Shown: piece after piece, positions 1 through 11,586 of the stretch
Layout: each line of letters starts with the position of its first letter
How positions within the stretch are numbered: position 1 is the stretch's first letter
Source of the DNA: the human T2T-CHM13v2.0 reference genome, Homo sapiens
Direction: 5' to 3' (one strand)
Length of the DNA stretch: 64,000 bases
Assembly: GCF_009914755.1 (NCBI RefSeq)
Contig: NC_060925.1
Program-made: the position numbers and the translations under genes
Notes under the pieces: generated by a model
The model's database searches: none
Told to the model about the DNA's origin: nothing
The model's input: the letters and a program-made list of their open reading frames with translations, nothing else

Positions 1-124
1 CTTGGCGCCCGCTCCGCCCGCGCGGTCCGTCGGTTGCGCACCGAACCCAGACAGGCGCCGGCCAAGGGCGCAGGCGTTCGCGCCGGGTCCCAGCCATGCC
101 AGCGGCGACGCGCCCCGGCGCGCC

Positions 125-207
125 GTCAGGATGGCCGAGCGGTCTAAGGCGCTGCGTTCAGGTCGCAGTCTCCCCTGGAGGCGTGGGTTCGAATCCCACT
201 CCTGACA
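125..207 (+). tRNA. TRL-CAG1: tRNA-Leu(CAG), unit 1
   Basis: GTCAGGATGGCCGAGCGG...CTGCG-TTCAGGT-CGCAG...GGTTCGAATCCCACTCCTGACA, 83 nt, long variable arm; TTTT at 216-219. Confidence 0.97.
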
Positions 208-1425
208 AGCCGACCTTTTGGCCCGCCCGCCGGAGGGCAACGCCCATGGCAACCCTGGAGCACCTTTGGCCGCTTCCTGCCTTGAGCCCTTGCCCGCTCT
301 CCAGACTCCAGTCCCCTTGAAGCAAGCCTCCAAAACGCCGCCGCTTCTCAGGCACGTCCGTTCTTCCTGCCCACCCGCCGGCTGTCGCAGAAACAGCCCA
401 GGACCATGCGCCAGCGCCCGCGACCCTCTACCAATTGCCCTTCGGACAGACGCCCTCCCCACCACCTCACACGCCCTCTTCCCTGGCCCCACACACAGCG
501 AGCGACCGCGACCACCTTCCACGCTCTTCCCTGCCTATCTCCTCCGCCCGCCTTCTCCTCACTCGCCCAAACAGACACAGCCCAGATTCTTCCCCTATTC
601 CTCCTTTTCCCTCCTTCCTCCCACCGGCCTGCGCCCACCGCCCACCGCCTTGAATCGCCGCTGCGCTGCCCAGAGGCGTCCTGGCCTGAACAGCCCGCCC
701 GGTTTCACCCTCCAACTTCTGACCGCTGAGCAGCAGCGAGCGACTCGCTCGTGGAGCCGCACACACGTCTCCCACCAGAGGCACGCCATCCAACATCCTG
801 TCCTTTCCTCCGACCCCTCGGACCCCGGCCGCGCATTCCATTCTGCCGACACCCTAGCCAGGTCGCCGATCCCACCTCGCTACCTGTGCTCCCTTCCCGC
901 TAACACCTGCCTGCCGGCCCACCTGCAGCCCGGACGCCTGCCGGCCAGAGGCAGCGGGAACCCTGCACACAGCCTGGCAGGCGAGTCCAAACCCGGAAAG
1001 ACAGCCCAAGAGGAATCACGAGCGGAAGCCCTAGATCCCCGTCACCCGCCCACAAACGCCTGGCCCCGCCGGGACCAGCTCTGCGCCACAGCGCATCCCC
1101 ACGCGGGAAGCCGCGGCCTGGGCCGTCCCAGCAACACCCAGCGCGCCTTCTCCAGGGTCAGCCAGCTGCGGCTCTGCCTAAGCGCTCCTCCGCTCCTTTC
1201 TCGCGCTCCAGCCTCCCTACCAGCCCAGGGGGCCGGACCCCAAGTGCGAGCCGGTGGCGTGGGTCAGAGCGCAGGAGCGAGGCGCCCACGGACCTGGTCT
1301 GCGTTTCTGAGCCGCACGCCACGGCTGCGAGACCCGTTCCCCATCGCCGCCCCCGCTCGCTGACACACCCATCCCGCCTCTCACCTGCTGGTGACACAAG
1401 TGAGAAGGCTGGCCCCACGGTGGTG

Positions 1426-1447
1426 AAAAAAAAAAAACACCTTACGA

Positions 1448-1494
<47 letters not shown>

Positions 1495-1535
1495 GAAGAA
1501 AGAAAGAAAGAAACAACAAAAACAAAACACAAAAA
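1426..1535 (+). repeat. poly(A) plus (GAAA)n microsatellite; present in every unit, with length and interruption differing in units 4 and 5
   Basis: aaaaaaaaaaaa...gaaagaaagaaa...; copies near 8832, 16238, 23643, 31041. Confidence 0.95.
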
Positions 1536-1896
1536 CTCTGGGTCTGTGCCGGGGATCCGCGCTCAGCAAGGCCCGCCACAGCAAATCTGCCCACACGGGC
1601 ATTCGGGCGCGGGCCACGGCCGGTCCTTCCCCTGGAGACCCCGGCGGGCAGTCTCTCGACCCTGGGCGGCAGAGAAAGCGCAAGATGGGACGAGTCGGCC
1701 TCTCTCCCTCCGCTCTCCCTCCGCGCCCCGCCTCAGGTCCCTCGACGTGACGAGAGCCTCCCCTTCTGCTCGCCCCATCGGGCCAGCCTCTCGTGGACGC
1801 TGCAATAGGACGGAGGCCCACGGCAGGCGGTGACCAGTGAACGGCGGCTGGTGGCGAGTTCCGCTGTGCCAGCTTCCGTTGGCGTTTGCCATCGGT

Positions 1897-1967
1897 GCAT
1901 GGGTGGTTCAGTGGTAGAATTCTCGCCTGCCACGCGGGAGGCCCGGGTTCGATTCCCGGCCCATGCA
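1897..1967 (+). tRNA. TRG-GCC1: tRNA-Gly(GCC), unit 1
   Basis: GCATGGGTGGTTCAGTGG...CTGCCAC...GGTTCGATTCCCGGCCCATGCA, 71 nt; TTTT at 1981-1984. Confidence 0.97.
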
Positions 1968-2350
1968 GCACGCCCTCCCATTTTGGTGCTGCAGCAGCAC
2001 CAAGGCGTAGCTGCGCTCGCCTCTGCCGCCTCCTTACACTCGGGGCGCGCGAGCGAGTCCGGCACCGGCTGCGCTCCCACGCGCGACGGCCCTCTGCCCT
2101 TTCTTCCGTGCCTCTCTCGACTGACTTAGGGATGAGCCTACCCCCCGCACCCACACACCTTGGTGACAACAACCCCTCCAGACACGAGAGCGCGCCAGAC
2201 ACCAGAACTTGGCAGCCTCCTGGTCCTGTTTCTCTTCATTGCCCTGCCACCGCCTCTGCCCGACGCATTTCACTTCACGGAACACCGCCAGGCACCACGG
2301 GCTTGCAGCCACTCGCACCACCCCTTCTCTTCACATTTCACCGCCTCGAC

Positions 2351-2383
<33 letters not shown>

Positions 2384-3037
2384 CCCCCCCCTCGCTGGCT
2401 CCCCACATCCAGAAAATGATGCCATGGTTGCCCTTCCAGTAGGAAGGAAGTCGCGACTCCAGGGAGTAACTCATCACTTTCCCCTAGTTGGTCACACAGT
2501 CCTTAACGCGACCACACGAGTGTACGCGTGGCATGTGCACCGTCTATATTCACCGTGTTCCGGCTACTCCACACTCTCTCCCCTCATTCTGCCGGCACCA
2601 CCACCGCCATGTCGCAACTCCCAACCTAACCCCAATCCACCACTTTAGTCGAGGATGCTGCCTTGTTTCTCTCCCTCGGACCTCTTTTCATCTCAGCCCC
2701 AGACACATGCCTGAGACGTGAATGTGCGTCCTGAAGACGGCTTATTTATGTCTCGGGTCCAGTTGCATTCCCTACCCTTTTGGGACGTGGGACGTGGCCT
2801 CCAGTCGCTCTGTCACGATGTCTCTCCCACCCTGGGCTGCTTGCCACCTCACCCCAGCCCCACTCCATACTCTGACCGCCCAGCCCAAGCAGCATCCCAG
2901 TCTCGCCGGCGCGGGTCCCCTTTGACCACACAGACTTCGTTCCTGCCCAGACCAACCGGCTGAAAATGTACTGTTCCCACCAGCCTTCAGGCTCAGCCCT
3001 CCCTCCCCCACCTTGGTCTCACGCCACCCACCCCTTC

Positions 3038-3182
3038 ACTCACACACACACTCAGACGCGCACGCACACACACACACACACACACTCACACTCTCTCTCT
3101 CTCTCTCTCTCTCTCTGTCTTTCTCTGTCTCTCTCTCTCTCTCTGTCTCTATGTCTCTATCTCTCTGTCTCTGTCTCACACA
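3038..3182 (+). repeat. compound (CA)n/(CT)n microsatellite (a (CT)n-C-run also lies at 2351-2391); repeated in units 1-4
   Basis: cacacaca...ctctctct read directly. Confidence 0.95.
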
Positions 3183-4180
3183 GCCAACTCTCCGTCTCGC
3201 CGTCAATGCCCCTCTCTCAGACGACTCATATCCCCCAGCCCTGGCCTCCTTCAGCCTCTTCAGACTCACGCCAGCTCCGCCACCAGCTGGGATCCCTCCC
3301 ACCTATGGCATAGGCAGCCCGCGAGGTGCCCTAACGCCCCAGGCATCTGCACAACCTCCGTTTGACTGCACAGCCTCACTCCCAGACCTGGCCAGCCAGC
3401 CCTGTGCACCCCCTGGACACCCTGGACTCCTTCTTCCAGCTCCCAGCACGCAACATGCTTCTCTCCTTTCCTTGGTGTCAGCCCCTTGCCCCGGGCTAGG
3501 GTGGACGCCAGCCACGGGATCGGACACCTTCGTCCGTCGCTGTCACCCACTGACATCCACCCACAACACGCTGGCAAGCAAGCCAGCCTCCCGTGGGGAT
3601 GGCAAACATCTCTATCCCCGATAGGGTCTGGTCCCTGCAGGTGATCCGACTGTGCCAAGATCCCACGAATGACACGGGACAGGTTTGTGCAGTTGGTTGG
3701 ACGTCTACTTTGCCCCTACAGAGGGGTTTTGGCAAGAAGTCGACTGACTTCTGCCATTGACCTGGGGAATCAGCCAAACAATAAGATCAGTACGGGTTGA
3801 ATAGAGGGTTGTAGAACTGGGCTCATCTGTGCTAAGGAGGGGAGGGGAAAAAAAGTCCCACAGCGAATCTTGGCGCTGGGGATAGGTACCATCTCCACAT
3901 GTTCCTTGACATTTGGAGAGACGATAGAGAGCGTAGGTCAGGCAATGGGAAGCAAACTTCGGCTAGAAGTCTGTCAGGAACCCCAACCCCGCACATGCGC
4001 TTTGGTCAGCCTGGCCGTTGGGTTTTCCCCACGAACTGCTGCATCTCCACGCTTCAATGCCCGTGGCCAGGTTGGTCTGACTAACGGGACCTCTCAAGAT
4101 TCATTTTCACATCCAGAATAGGCGAGAATCTCAAACCTGTCGACGGTGAGCGGGAGCATGTGTACGCACATGCACGTGTA

Positions 4181-4600
4181 CGTTGCGGGAAGTCAGGGAC
4201 CCCGAACGGAGGGAGCGGCTGGAGCTGCGGCCGAGGCACGTAAATTGTGAGGATTTCATTTCAATACGGACATTCATCAGTTCCCAAATAATGCTTTTAT
4301 AATTTCTTACGCCTGTCTTTACTTTAATCTCTTAATCCTGTTATCTTCGTAAGCTGAGGATGTACGTCACCTCAGGACCGCTGTGACAATTGTGTTGACT
4401 CTACAAATTGATGGTAAAACGTGTGTGTTTGAACAGCATGAAATCAGGGCACCTTGAAAAAGAATAGAATAACAGCGACTTTTAGGGAACAGGGGAAGAC
4501 AACGGTAAGGTCTGACTGCCTGCGAGGTCGGGCAGAAAGAGCCATATTTTTCTTCTTGCAGAGAGCCTATGAAGGACGTGCAGGTAGGGAAGATGTGGCT
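4181..4600 (+). mobile_element. MER11 (MER11A-like, HERV-K11/HML-8 LTR) 5' fragment, unit 1
   Basis: starts (c)gttgcgggaagtcagggaccccgaacggaggga and contains gctgaggatgtacgtcacctcagg; recalled MER11A consensus; fused at its 3' end to L1. Confidence 0.8.
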
Positions 4601-4602
4601 AA

Positions 4603-5175
4603 GACAACCTAAGTGTCCATCGGCCGGGAAATGGATTAACAAAAATGTGGCATATAGACACCATGGAATACTCTTTGGCCATAGAAAAGAACGAAATCCT
4701 CTGGTCTGCAGCAACAGAGGCGGAGCTAAAGGTCACGATGGAACATCAAACGAGCCGGGCACAGAAAGACAGAGAGGGCAGGTTCTTACTCCAATCCTGG
4801 GAGCTCAAAATGTTCACCTTGTGGAGGTAGAGAGTAGAACGATAGACACCAGAGGCTGGAGAGGGTGTGTGGGTGACTGCGGTGAAGAGAGGTTGGTGAA
4901 ATGGGTCCGAGCATGCGTTTGGATGGAGGGAATACGTTCCAATAATGTTCTACGGCGGAGTAGGGCGACTAGGGGTAACAACGATGTATTAGTGCTTGTT
5001 TCCGAAGAGCTCCTGGAAGACAGCACCTGAGATGCTCCCAACAGGTAGAGATGACAGATACCCACGGGATGGATGCCCTACATCCCCTCAGTTGACCATC
5101 GATCACTACGCGATGTACACGCGTTACCACACGTCACAGGAATCCCATGGATATCATGTCCGCATGAAGAAAAAC
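4603..5175 (+). mobile_element. old L1 (L1PB/L1MA-like) ORF2 end and 3'UTR fragment, unit 1
   Basis: caacctaagtgtccatc...aaaatgtggcatatagacaccatggaatact; translation MWHIDTMEYSLAIEKNEI resembles the L1 ORF2 C-terminus (MWHIYTMEYYAAIKKNE). Confidence 0.85.
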
Positions 5176-5807
5176 ATAGTCATGCTGCCAGGGTGATTGT
5201 CGCAGCTCTGCCTCCCTAGCGCTATGGCCCGTGGTCTCGGCTCCTCAAGTTCCGCTGCCATTACTACCAAAGCCGCTGACACCCGTGGAGCCCAATCACG
5301 GATCCCACGCCTTGGGAAAGCCAGTGCGCTTGCTGACATGAGTGGCTCTGGCGGGTGGCCCAACCATTAGGCGCAGATCCCCCGCAGCCGAGAGAGAAGT
5401 GGCCCGTCAGCCACTCGGCTTGGCTTGGCAGAAGCCGCTCCGCTCGAGAGTCCTGGCCCATCCCGTGGCCAGCCGAGAGTGCGAGGGTGGCGGTGGTGGT
5501 GGTGGCGGGTCACCTGGCGGCCATGGGAGGAGAAAGCCTGACCTGGCCAGTGGGCTTTGCCGCTGACAAAGAGTGGGAGCGAGGCGAGCACCTGACAAGG
5601 AAGGGCTGTGAAGCTGATGTTGCGAAGGTGGCGCCAGCGAGGCCAAAAGGAGGGATGGGTGGAGGTAGGCGGGGAGCGTTGGGGCGGCGCACGTGGAAGC
5701 CGAGGGAGGTTGTGGCTGGGGCGCGGGAGAAGCGAGCCAGCCTGTTGGTCAAAAGGGGAGGTGTGAAGGGGCCTGGCAGTTGGCAGGCAGAGCCAACGAA
5801 GGAAGGC

Positions 5808-5879
5808 TTCCCTGACCGGGAATCGAACCCGGGCCGCGGCGGTGAGAGCGCCGAATCCTAACCACTAGACCACCAGGGA
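5808..5879 (-). tRNA. TRE-CTC1: tRNA-Glu(CTC), unit 1
   Basis: reverse complement TCCCTGGTGGTCTAGTGG...CTCTCAC...GGTTCGATTCCCGGTCAGGGAA, 72 nt. Confidence 0.97.
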
Positions 5880-6164
5880 GAGGCGGCTTCAGGGCCCGGC
5901 TTGCGCCTCCTGGCCCCAGCGCCTCTGGCCCCAGCACTGGGCGCTACCTTGGCGCCTGTCCCCTGCTTCGCTTTAAAACAAACACCGCAACCAGCCCCCG
6001 CGACGCCGGCGGCAACCGGCCTGCCCTCACGAGCAGCTCTGGCCCTGTTCGCAGCACACCCTCCAAACACCGCGCGCCTCCTTCCCCGGCGCACAGGCAC
6101 GCAGCCACAGGCCAAGCTGCGACGCGAGCTCCGCGACGGGGACCTCCGCAAAAGGTCCGCCCGC

Positions 6165-6236
6165 TGCGTTGGCCGGGAATCGAACCCGGGTCAACTGCTT
6201 GGAAGGCAGCTATGCTCACCACTATACCACCAACGC
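6165..6236 (-). tRNA. TRG-TCC2: tRNA-Gly(TCC), unit 1
   Basis: reverse complement GCGTTGGTGGTATAGTGGTGAGC...CTTCCAA...CCCGGCCAACGCA; AAAA (T4 on the minus strand) at 6150-6153. Confidence 0.97.
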
Positions 6237-6822
6237 CGCACGGCGCGGGCAGCCCCGCCGCGCCGGCCCGGGGCTCCCACCAGCGCGCCGCCGACGCCCG
6301 GGGCAGGCCGGCCCCGACGCCCGGTCCGTCCGCCCGCCCGCAGCTCCGCGCTGCCGCGGCCCCGCCAAAGGCCGCCCCGCGCCCCACCGGGGCAAGGCCA
6401 GCGCGGCTGCCCCGTTCCGCCCGCCTGCCTCTGGGGGCGCTCTCGCTCCCTCGCCGCCCGGGGCCGCCAGAGCCCTTCCCCACCAGGTGCCCGGCGGGGA
6501 CACGGCCGGCGCCGACGGGGTCCCCACTCCTCCGCCTCCCACCGGGCGCCGGGCCCTGTGCCTCGCAGAAAGCCTCTTCCGACACCCACTTTGGGCCGGC
6601 AGCTCTCTGGGCGCCGTGGGGGCCAGAGGAGGCCGCCCGGCTGCGGGCGACCAAGCCGCGGGCGAGAAGAAAAGGTAGGAGGCCAAGGGGGCCCAGGAGG
6701 CCCAGGGGGCCAAGGGGCCAGGCCCGAGATGGCGCCCTGCGACTAGCGGGAGGGCGGAGGAAGGAGAGAGAAGGAGGGCCCACAGGCTGGGTCCGAGGCG
6801 GCGGCCCAAAAAGCACGGCTGC

Positions 6823-6894
6823 CTCCCCGTCGGGGAATCGAACCCCGGTCTCCCGCGTGACAGGCGGGGATACTCACCACTATACTAACGAGGA
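6823..6894 (-). tRNA. TRD-GTC2: tRNA-Asp(GTC), unit 1
   Basis: reverse complement TCCTCGTTAGTATAGTGGTGAG...CTGTCAC...CCCCGACGGGGAG; A5 at 6808-6812. Confidence 0.97.
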
Positions 6895-7530
6895 CGACGG
6901 CGACGGTCGCCGGGACGCCAGACCCCACTCCGACCGCGGACGCCTAGCCCTGCCTTGATCCCCTCCCCCGACGGCAGGGGCCGGGCGCGTGCTCGCCTTC
7001 CACCCGCCGCCCGCCGCCCGCCACCCGCCACACGCCACCCGTCACCTGCCACCCGCCCCCCGCCACCGTTGGCACGACCTACCCCGACACCCAACAAAGC
7101 ACCCTGCGATCCCGCTGGGACCCGGAGCCGGAGCCGGACCCCGACAGGTACCGGAGCGGCGTGGAACCTCCCCGCGCGCCCTGCCTGCTGTCTCCAACGC
7201 GGGGATCGCGCCGGGGCAGGAGGAGGCGCGGGCGAAACAGTCAGGCCGCTGCTCCTAGGACGCGGTGGGCGCACGCCCTGCGGGGTTCGGCGAGCGGAGG
7301 CGCGGGGGCTGGGGCGTGCGCCGGCGGCGGCCGGCCCGACGCGGACCCTTTGGGTCCGGGGTGGGGACGCGGGGGCGTCCACGCCAACGCCAGCCGGCTC
7401 CGTTCACTTGGCGCCCGCTCCGCCCGCGCGGTCCGTCGGTTGCGCACCGAACCCAGACAGGCGCCGGCCAAGGGCGCAGGCGTTCGCGCCGGGTCCCAGC
7501 CATGCCAGCGGCGACGCGCCCCGGCGCGCC

Positions 7531-7613
7531 GTCAGGATGGCCGAGCGGTCTAAGGCGCTGCGTTCAGGTCGCAGTCTCCCCTGGAGGCGTGGGTTCGAAT
7601 CCCACTCCTGACA
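7531..7613 (+). tRNA. TRL-CAG1: tRNA-Leu(CAG), unit 2
   Basis: identical to 125-207. Confidence 0.97.
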
Positions 7614-8853
7614 AGCCGACCTTTTGGCCCGCCCGCCGGAGGGCAACGCCCATGGCAACCCTGGAGCACCTTTGGCCGCTTCCTGCCTTGAGCCCTTGCC
7701 CGCTCTCCAGACTCCAGTCCCCTTGAAGCAAGCCTCCAAAACGCCGCCGCTTCTCAGGCACGTCCGTTCTTCCTGCCCACCCGCCGGCTGTCGCAGAAAC
7801 AGCCCAGGACCATGCGCCAGCGCCCGCGACCCTCTACCAATTGCCCTTCGGACAGACGCCCTCCCCACCACCTCACACGCCCTCTTCCCTGGCCCCACAC
7901 ACAGCGAGCGACCGCGACCACCTTCCACGCTCTTCCCTGCCTATCTCCTCCGCCCGCCTTCTCCTCACTCGCCCAAACAGACACAGCCCAGATTCTTCCC
8001 CTATTCCTCCTTTTCCCTCCTTCCTCCCACCGGCCTGCGCCCACCGCCCACCGCCTTGAATCGCCGCTGCGCTGCCCAGAGGCGTCCTGGCCTGAACAGC
8101 CCGCCCGGTTTCACCCTCCAACTTCTGACCGCTGAGCAGCAGCGAGCGACTCGCTCGTGGAGCCGCACACACGTCTCCCACCAGAGGCACGCCATCCAAC
8201 ATCCTGTCCTTTCCTCCGACCCCTCGGACCCCGGCCGCGCATTCCATTCTGCCGACACCCTAGCCAGGTCGCCGATCCCACCTCGCTACCTGTGCTCCCT
8301 TCCCGCTAACACCTGCCTGCCGGCCCACCTGCAGCCCGGACGCCTGCCGGCCAGAGGCAGCGGGAACCCTGCACACAGCCTGGCAGGCGAGTCCAAACCC
8401 GGAAAGACAGCCCAAGAGGAATCACGAGCGGAAGCCCTAGATCCCCGTCACCCGCCCACAAACGCCTGGCCCCGCCGGGACCAGCTCTGCGCCACAGCGC
8501 ATCCCCACGCGGGAAGCCGCGGCCTGGGCCGTCCCAGCAACACCCAGCGCGCCTTCTCCAGGGTCAGCCAGCTGCGGCTCTGCCTAAGCGCTCCTCCGCT
8601 CCTTTCTCGCGCTCCAGCCTCCCTACCAGCCCAGGGGGCCGGACCCCAAGTGCGAGCCGGTGGCGTGGGTCAGAGCGCAGGAGCGAGGCGCCCACGGACC
8701 TGGTCTGCGTTTCTGAGCCGCACGCCACGGCTGCGAGACCCGTTCCCCATCGCCGCCCCCGCTCGCTGACACACCCATCCCGCCTCTCACCTGCTGGTGA
8801 CACAAGTGAGAAGGCTGGCCCCACGGTGGTGAAAAAAAAAAAACACCTTACGA

Positions 8854-8900
<47 letters not shown>

Positions 8901-9302
8901 GAAGAAAGAAAGAAAGAAACAACAAAAACAAAACACAAAAACTCTGGGTCTGTGCCGGGGATCCGCGCTCAGCAAGGCCCGCCACAGCAAATCTGCCCAC
9001 ACGGGCATTCGGGCGCGGGCCACGGCCGGTCCTTCCCCTGGAGACCCCGGCGGGCAGTCTCTCGACCCTGGGCGGCAGAGAAAGCGCAAGATGGGACGAG
9101 TCGGCCTCTCTCCCTCCGCTCTCCCTCCGCGCCCCGCCTCAGGTCCCTCGACGTGACGAGAGCCTCCCCTTCTGCTCGCCCCATCGGGCCAGCCTCTCGT
9201 GGACGCTGCAATAGGACGGAGGCCCACGGCAGGCGGTGACCAGTGAACGGCGGCTGGTGGCGAGTTCCGCTGTGCCAGCTTCCGTTGGCGTTTGCCATCG
9301 GT

Positions 9303-9373
9303 GCATGGGTGGTTCAGTGGTAGAATTCTCGCCTGCCACGCGGGAGGCCCGGGTTCGATTCCCGGCCCATGCA
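9303..9373 (+). tRNA. TRG-GCC1: tRNA-Gly(GCC), unit 2
   Basis: identical to 1897-1967. Confidence 0.97.
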
Positions 9374-9756
9374 GCACGCCCTCCCATTTTGGTGCTGCAG
9401 CAGCACCAAGGCGTAGCTGCGCTCGCCTCTGCCGCCTCCTTACACTCGGGGCGCGCGAGCGAGTCCGGCACCGGCTGCGCTCCCACGCGCGACGGCCCTC
9501 TGCCCTTTCTTCCGTGCCTCTCTCGACTGACTTAGGGATGAGCCTACCCCCCGCACCCACACACCTTGGTGACAACAACCCCTCCAGACACGAGAGCGCG
9601 CCAGACACCAGAACTTGGCAGCCTCCTGGTCCTGTTTCTCTTCATTGCCCTGCCACCGCCTCTGCCCGACGCATTTCACTTCACGGAACACCGCCAGGCA
9701 CCACGGGCTTGCAGCCACTCGCACCACCCCTTCTCTTCACATTTCACCGCCTCGAC

Positions 9757-9789
<33 letters not shown>

Positions 9790-11586
9790 CCCCCCCCTCG
9801 CTGGCTCCCCACATCCAGAAAATGATGCCATGGTTGCCCTTCCAGTAGGAAGGAAGTCGCGACTCCAGGGAGTAACTCATCACTTTCCCCTAGTTGGTCA
9901 CACAGTCCTTAACGCGACCACACGAGTGTACGCGTGGCATGTGCACCGTCTATATTCACCGTGTTCCGGCTACTCCACACTCTCTCCCCTCATTCTGCCG
10001 GCACCACCACCGCCATGTCGCAACTCCCAACCTAACCCCAATCCACCACTTTAGTCGAGGATGCTGCCTTGTTTCTCTCCCTCGGACCTCTTTTCATCTC
10101 AGCCCCAGACACATGCCTGAGACGTGAATGTGCGTCCTGAAGACGGCTTATTTATGTCTCGGGTCCAGTTGCATTCCCTACCCTTTTGGGACGTGGGACG
10201 TGGCCTCCAGTCGCTCTGTCACGATGTCTCTCCCACCCTGGGCTGCTTGCCACCTCACCCCAGCCCCACTCCATACTCTGACCGCCCAGCCCAAGCAGCA
10301 TCCCAGTCTCGCCGGCGCGGGTCCCCTTTGACCACACAGACTTCGTTCCTGCCCAGACCAACCGGCTGAAAATGTACTGTTCCCACCAGCCTTCAGGCTC
10401 AGCCCTCCCTCCCCCACCTTGGTCTCACGCCACCCACCCCTTCACTCACACACACACTCAGACGCGCACGCACACACACACACACACACACTCACACTCT
10501 CTCTCTCTCTCTCTCTCTCTCTGTCTTTCTCTGTCTCTCTCTCTCTCTCTGTCTCTATGTCTCTATCTCTCTGTCTCTGTCTCACACAGCCAACTCTCCG
10601 TCTCGCCGTCAATGCCCCTCTCTCAGACGACTCATATCCCCCAGCCCTGGCCTCCTTCAGCCTCTTCAGACTCACGCCAGCTCCGCCACCAGCTGGGATC
10701 CCTCCCACCTATGGCATAGGCAGCCCGCGAGGTGCCCTAACGCCCCAGGCATCTGCACAACCTCCGTTTGACTGCACAGCCTCACTCCCAGACCTGGCCA
10801 GCCAGCCCTGTGCACCCCCTGGACACCCTGGACTCCTTCTTCCAGCTCCCAGCACGCAACATGCTTCTCTCCTTTCCTTGGTGTCAGCCCCTTGCCCCGG
10901 GCTAGGGTGGACGCCAGCCACGGGATCGGACACCTTCGTCCGTCGCTGTCACCCACTGACATCCACCCACAACACGCTGGCAAGCAAGCCAGCCTCCCGT
11001 GGGGATGGCAAACATCTCTATCCCCGATAGGGTCTGGTCCCTGCAGGTGATCCGACTGTGCCAAGATCCCACGAATGACACGGGACAGGTTTGTGCAGTT
11101 GGTTGGACGTCTACTTTGCCCCTACAGAGGGGTTTTGGCAAGAAGTCGACTGACTTCTGCCATTGACCTGGGGAATCAGCCAAACAATAAGATCAGTACG
11201 GGTTGAATAGAGGGTTGTAGAACTGGGCTCATCTGTGCTAAGGAGGGGAGGGGAAAAAAAGTCCCACAGCGAATCTTGGCGCTGGGGATAGGTACCATCT
11301 CCACATGTTCCTTGACATTTGGAGAGACGATAGAGAGCGTAGGTCAGGCAATGGGAAGCAAACTTCGGCTAGAAGTCTGTCAGGAACCCCAACCCCGCAC
11401 ATGCGCTTTGGTCAGCCTGGCCGTTGGGTTTTCCCCACGAACTGCTGCATCTCCACGCTTCAATGCCCGTGGCCAGGTTGGTCTGACTAACGGGACCTCT
11501 CAAGATTCATTTTCACATCCAGAATAGGCGAGAATCTCAAACCTGTCGACGGTGAGCGGGAGCATGTGTACGCACATGCACGTGTA

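Larger units (their letters stand above)
5380..7700. promoter_or_regulatory. CpG island spanning Glu, Gly-TCC, Asp and the divergent Asp/Leu spacer; repeated each unit
   Basis: very high GC and CpG density by eye; boundaries approximate. Confidence 0.8.

Noticed and set aside
218-1363. 381-aa ORF repeated in all five units, plus 200-290 aa ORFs at 5901-7611
   Set aside because: Non-ATG starts, Pro/Arg/Ala/Gly-biased, overlapping in several frames and across tRNA genes. This is expected stop-codon scarcity in GC-rich DNA, and recurrence only reflects the tandem duplication.
1420-1833. KERK-repeat and FLSF-repeat ORFs
   Set aside because: Translations of the (GAAA)n microsatellite; the frame changes with repeat length in unit 4.
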